64,000 nt of DNA from the human T2T-CHM13v2.0 reference genome, Homo sapiens. Location of the stretch: NCBI RefSeq assembly GCF_009914755.1, contig NC_060945.1; one strand, written 5' to 3'. Each line of letters begins with the position of its first letter. The stretch's first letter is position 1. A model generated the notes under the pieces. That model searched no databases and was not told the origin of the DNA. It saw nothing but the letters and a program-made list of their open reading frames with translations. A program made the position numbers and the translations under genes. Below, one piece after another: positions 61,223 through 64,000 of this stretch.

Positions 61223-62738
61223 TAGAACAGTTTCTTACCTGTTCTTTCTTTTGTGATGTTGATATTTTTGAGGAATACAGACCAGTGATTTTAGAGTGTT
61301 ACCCTCAGTGTGCGCCTGGTGTTTCCTCATATTAGATACAGATTAGATGTCTCAGGCAGGAATGATGCTGTTTTGAATTTTGATGAAGTCTAATTATTAA
61401 AAGTTTCTTTTATGGATTGTGCATTTGTTACCAAATTTCAGAACTCTTCCTAGTGCCCTGGTTCTTTGGAGTGGAGAATGGCATTTGGAAACCTATGTCT
61501 GAATGTTAGGTGTGCTTGGTAGTGTTAGTGTGTGGGCGCTCCTCGGCTTTCAGTGGACAGAGCCAGAGAATATGTGCATGTCCTGAGCCTCCTGTTCGTC
61601 CTCTTTCCAGGTTTGGGGATACATGAGCTAGTTTCCTTGGCATCTTCAACTGTAGACACTTATTCTGTGGCTTCCTTTAGTCTCCTAAGCCTGCCACTAC
61701 TGTGCCATCTTCTATCCATTGTCTAAAAACTTCTTTGTCCATCACTGTCTTGTATCTTGTTTTATTATTTTTTAACTACTGATTTTAGGTGAGTTTTATC
61801 TTCAGTGCAGTTTTGTGAGAGAACAGAGGTAAATGTATGGATTATTCAATATGTTGTTTACTTGCTGAAGCTTTAATACTCTTTCAAACCAATTTTTGCC
61901 TTTTATTATTTTTTGCAGTCCTCCTTAACCCCTTGTTTACCTGCTCTGTTCCTGATTGGGCTGTTCTACAGCCTATAATCTTCCACGATTCTCCTTTGTA
62001 TGGAATGAAGACAAATTTATTAAACTATTCAGATTCTCTTGATAACCTAGCCCTAGTTTATCTTTCCGTTTTCTTTTCTGCAGTTCTGCCATCTTCCCTC
62101 TACTTCAGAGCTTACATTTTCCCACTCGTGTTAGGCTCCTCTTCAGCTTTGCCTTTGGAGCATACTGTGCTTTTCTGATAACGTTTTCTATATGGCACAG
62201 AGCCTCTGCCAGGGCATGTAGTAGGTGTGTTCAGTGCATTAAACAAACATACAGATCCTCTAAACTAGTAAAGCCACCCAAGCTTGTTTGTTGCCTGTTA
62301 TCATTTTCCAAATACTGTCATTTAACCCTCAAAGCAACTCTGTAAGCCATTATCCATCTTTCATAAATGATGTTGAGTAAATTGCCCAAGGTTACATAGT
62401 TGTAGTTGTTAACACTGAATTTAACAAATGTTTGTGTGCCTGTATGTGACAGGCTCTTTGAGGTTGTAGAGACAGTTGGGGAATAAAGCTGACAACATAC
62501 CCCTAATGGAAGCAGTGTTAAAATGCTCAATCCAAGTGAGGTTGATTTTGGGGCAAGTCTTCTGTAACCTGACGTACTCATCTCAGATGTCATCTCCTGT
62601 AGTCTTTCCTGACTTTCCTAGAAGGAGGCAGGGGAGAAGTGGAAAGAATAGCTCCATCTTTTGTTCTCATTAGTTCCTTCCTTTCTTATTGTATTATCAT
62701 ATATAGCATTTATAAAATTATTATTTGTATTTGAGGCA

Positions 62739-63052
62739 TGTCTTGGTCTGTTTGTGCTGCTCTAACAAAATACCTTGGACTGAATAATTTATAAAAAATA
62801 GAATTTATTTTTCACAGTTCTGGAGGCTGAGAAGTCCATATCAGGGCACCAGCGGATTCGGTGTTTGCCGAAGGCCTGCTTTCTGCTTCATAGATGATGC
62901 CTCTTGCCGTGTCCTCACATGATGGAAGGGCAGGGCAACTTCCTTTAACCTCTTTTACAAGGACATGAATCCCACAGTTCCCCAAAGGCTCCACCTCTTA
63001 ATACTGTTAGGGCCTAATGTAGAAATTCTGTGGGGAACACCAGTATTCAGAC
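62739..63052 (-). mobile_element. MLT1A-type MaLR LTR
   Basis: 'tgtcttggtctgtttgtgctgctctaacaaaatacc...cacagttctggaggctgagaagtcca'. Confidence 0.8.
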
Positions 63053-63447
63053 TGGTCATAGTCTGTGCTGCTGTAACAAAACACAGGTTAGGTAGTTTAC
63101 AGAAAACAAAATAATTTCTTACAGTTCTGGAGGATGGGAAGTCCAAGATAAAAGTGTTGGCAGGATTGATGTCTCGTGAGGATCCAGTCTTTCTGCTTCC
63201 AAGATGGCGTTTCAAACGCTGCACCCTCTTGAGGGGAGAAATGCTGTGTCCTCACAAGGCAGAACGTGAAAGAGCAGAAGAGACCAAACTTCCTCTGTTA
63301 AGCCCTTTTATAATGGCATTAACCAATCTGTGAGGGCAAAGCCCTTATGACCTGAACATCTTCCAAAATCCTCATCTCCCAGCACTGTTATGTTGTGGAT
63401 GAAGTTTTCAACAAATGAATTTTGGGGGACACATTCAGACCATAGTA
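63053..63447 (-). mobile_element. Second MLT1A/MST-type MaLR LTR, abutting the first
   Basis: 'acagttctggaggatgggaagtccaagat...gggggacacattcagaccatagta'. Confidence 0.8.
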
Positions 63448-64000
63448 GGGCCTTTGATAGATTGAGCTGTTTTGGTGGGGAGCTGTCTCTTTCTGGTATC
63501 CAGGATGCTTGCCACATGATGTGTAGTCTCAGTAAGTGAGTGCATTGATAAAGAAGTATCCATGATGTGCTTTACCGACAGCAGGTAGCAGTACTCTCTG
63601 TTACTCAAGACTGCCTCTTTGTAAGGGTACAAGTAGTTTCAGAAACTCCACTCTCTGTTTAGTTGGGAGGATGTGCTCTCAAAGAGGTTACCTACAGGCA
63701 CATTTTTACCGGAGTTTAATAAACTGTCTTTTTTCTGGGTACATATAGGTCTCTGGTCTGGAAGATGGGGTCTTGACTCCCCAACCACCAATAGTAACCA
63801 TCTGGTAGGAGTTTTGAATTATTTGTTAAAGAAGTATGCTGATATGAGATGTCACAATGTACAAGCCTCTTTTCAAATCAGGAGATAAATTATTTCAGAA
63901 GAGGTAGAATGTTTATTTTGAAACATTTTACAAACAGGTTTGTTGTAATTCTTTCCTTGTATTTGTTGTCATATAACATGTTGAGGTTATCTGTTGCTGC

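Overview
Primate (human-like) genomic DNA. Bases 1-36,000 are repeat-saturated intergenic sequence: dozens of Alus, old L1M/L1PB fragments, MaLR LTRs (MSTA, THE1, MLT1), MER58A, an intact piggyBac MITE (MER75), MIR and L2. A CpG island at about 36,230-38,600 holds a promoter and a long, ATG-free non-coding first exon whose donor is CCG|GTGAGT at 37944/37945. The remaining 26 kb looks like intron 1, and I found no coding exon. From recalled sequence and architecture I identify the gene as probably DYRK1A (chr21); this is from memory and was not checked by search. No protein-coding ORF is supported: the ORF track consists of Alu/L1 artefacts and GC-rich open frames. I found no convincing new multi-gene system. 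The best leads are: (1) a 9-nt exonic element exactly complementary to the exon-1 5' splice site; (2) a cluster of two RFX X-boxes with PBX/PREP, CRE and YY1 motifs; (3) a possible intron inside the 5'UTR exon; (4) an L1PB 3' transduction; (5) a local templated insertion with a target duplication; (6) a MER75 that keeps a PGBD4-like N-terminal reading frame. Repeat subfamily calls were made by eye and many boundaries are approximate.
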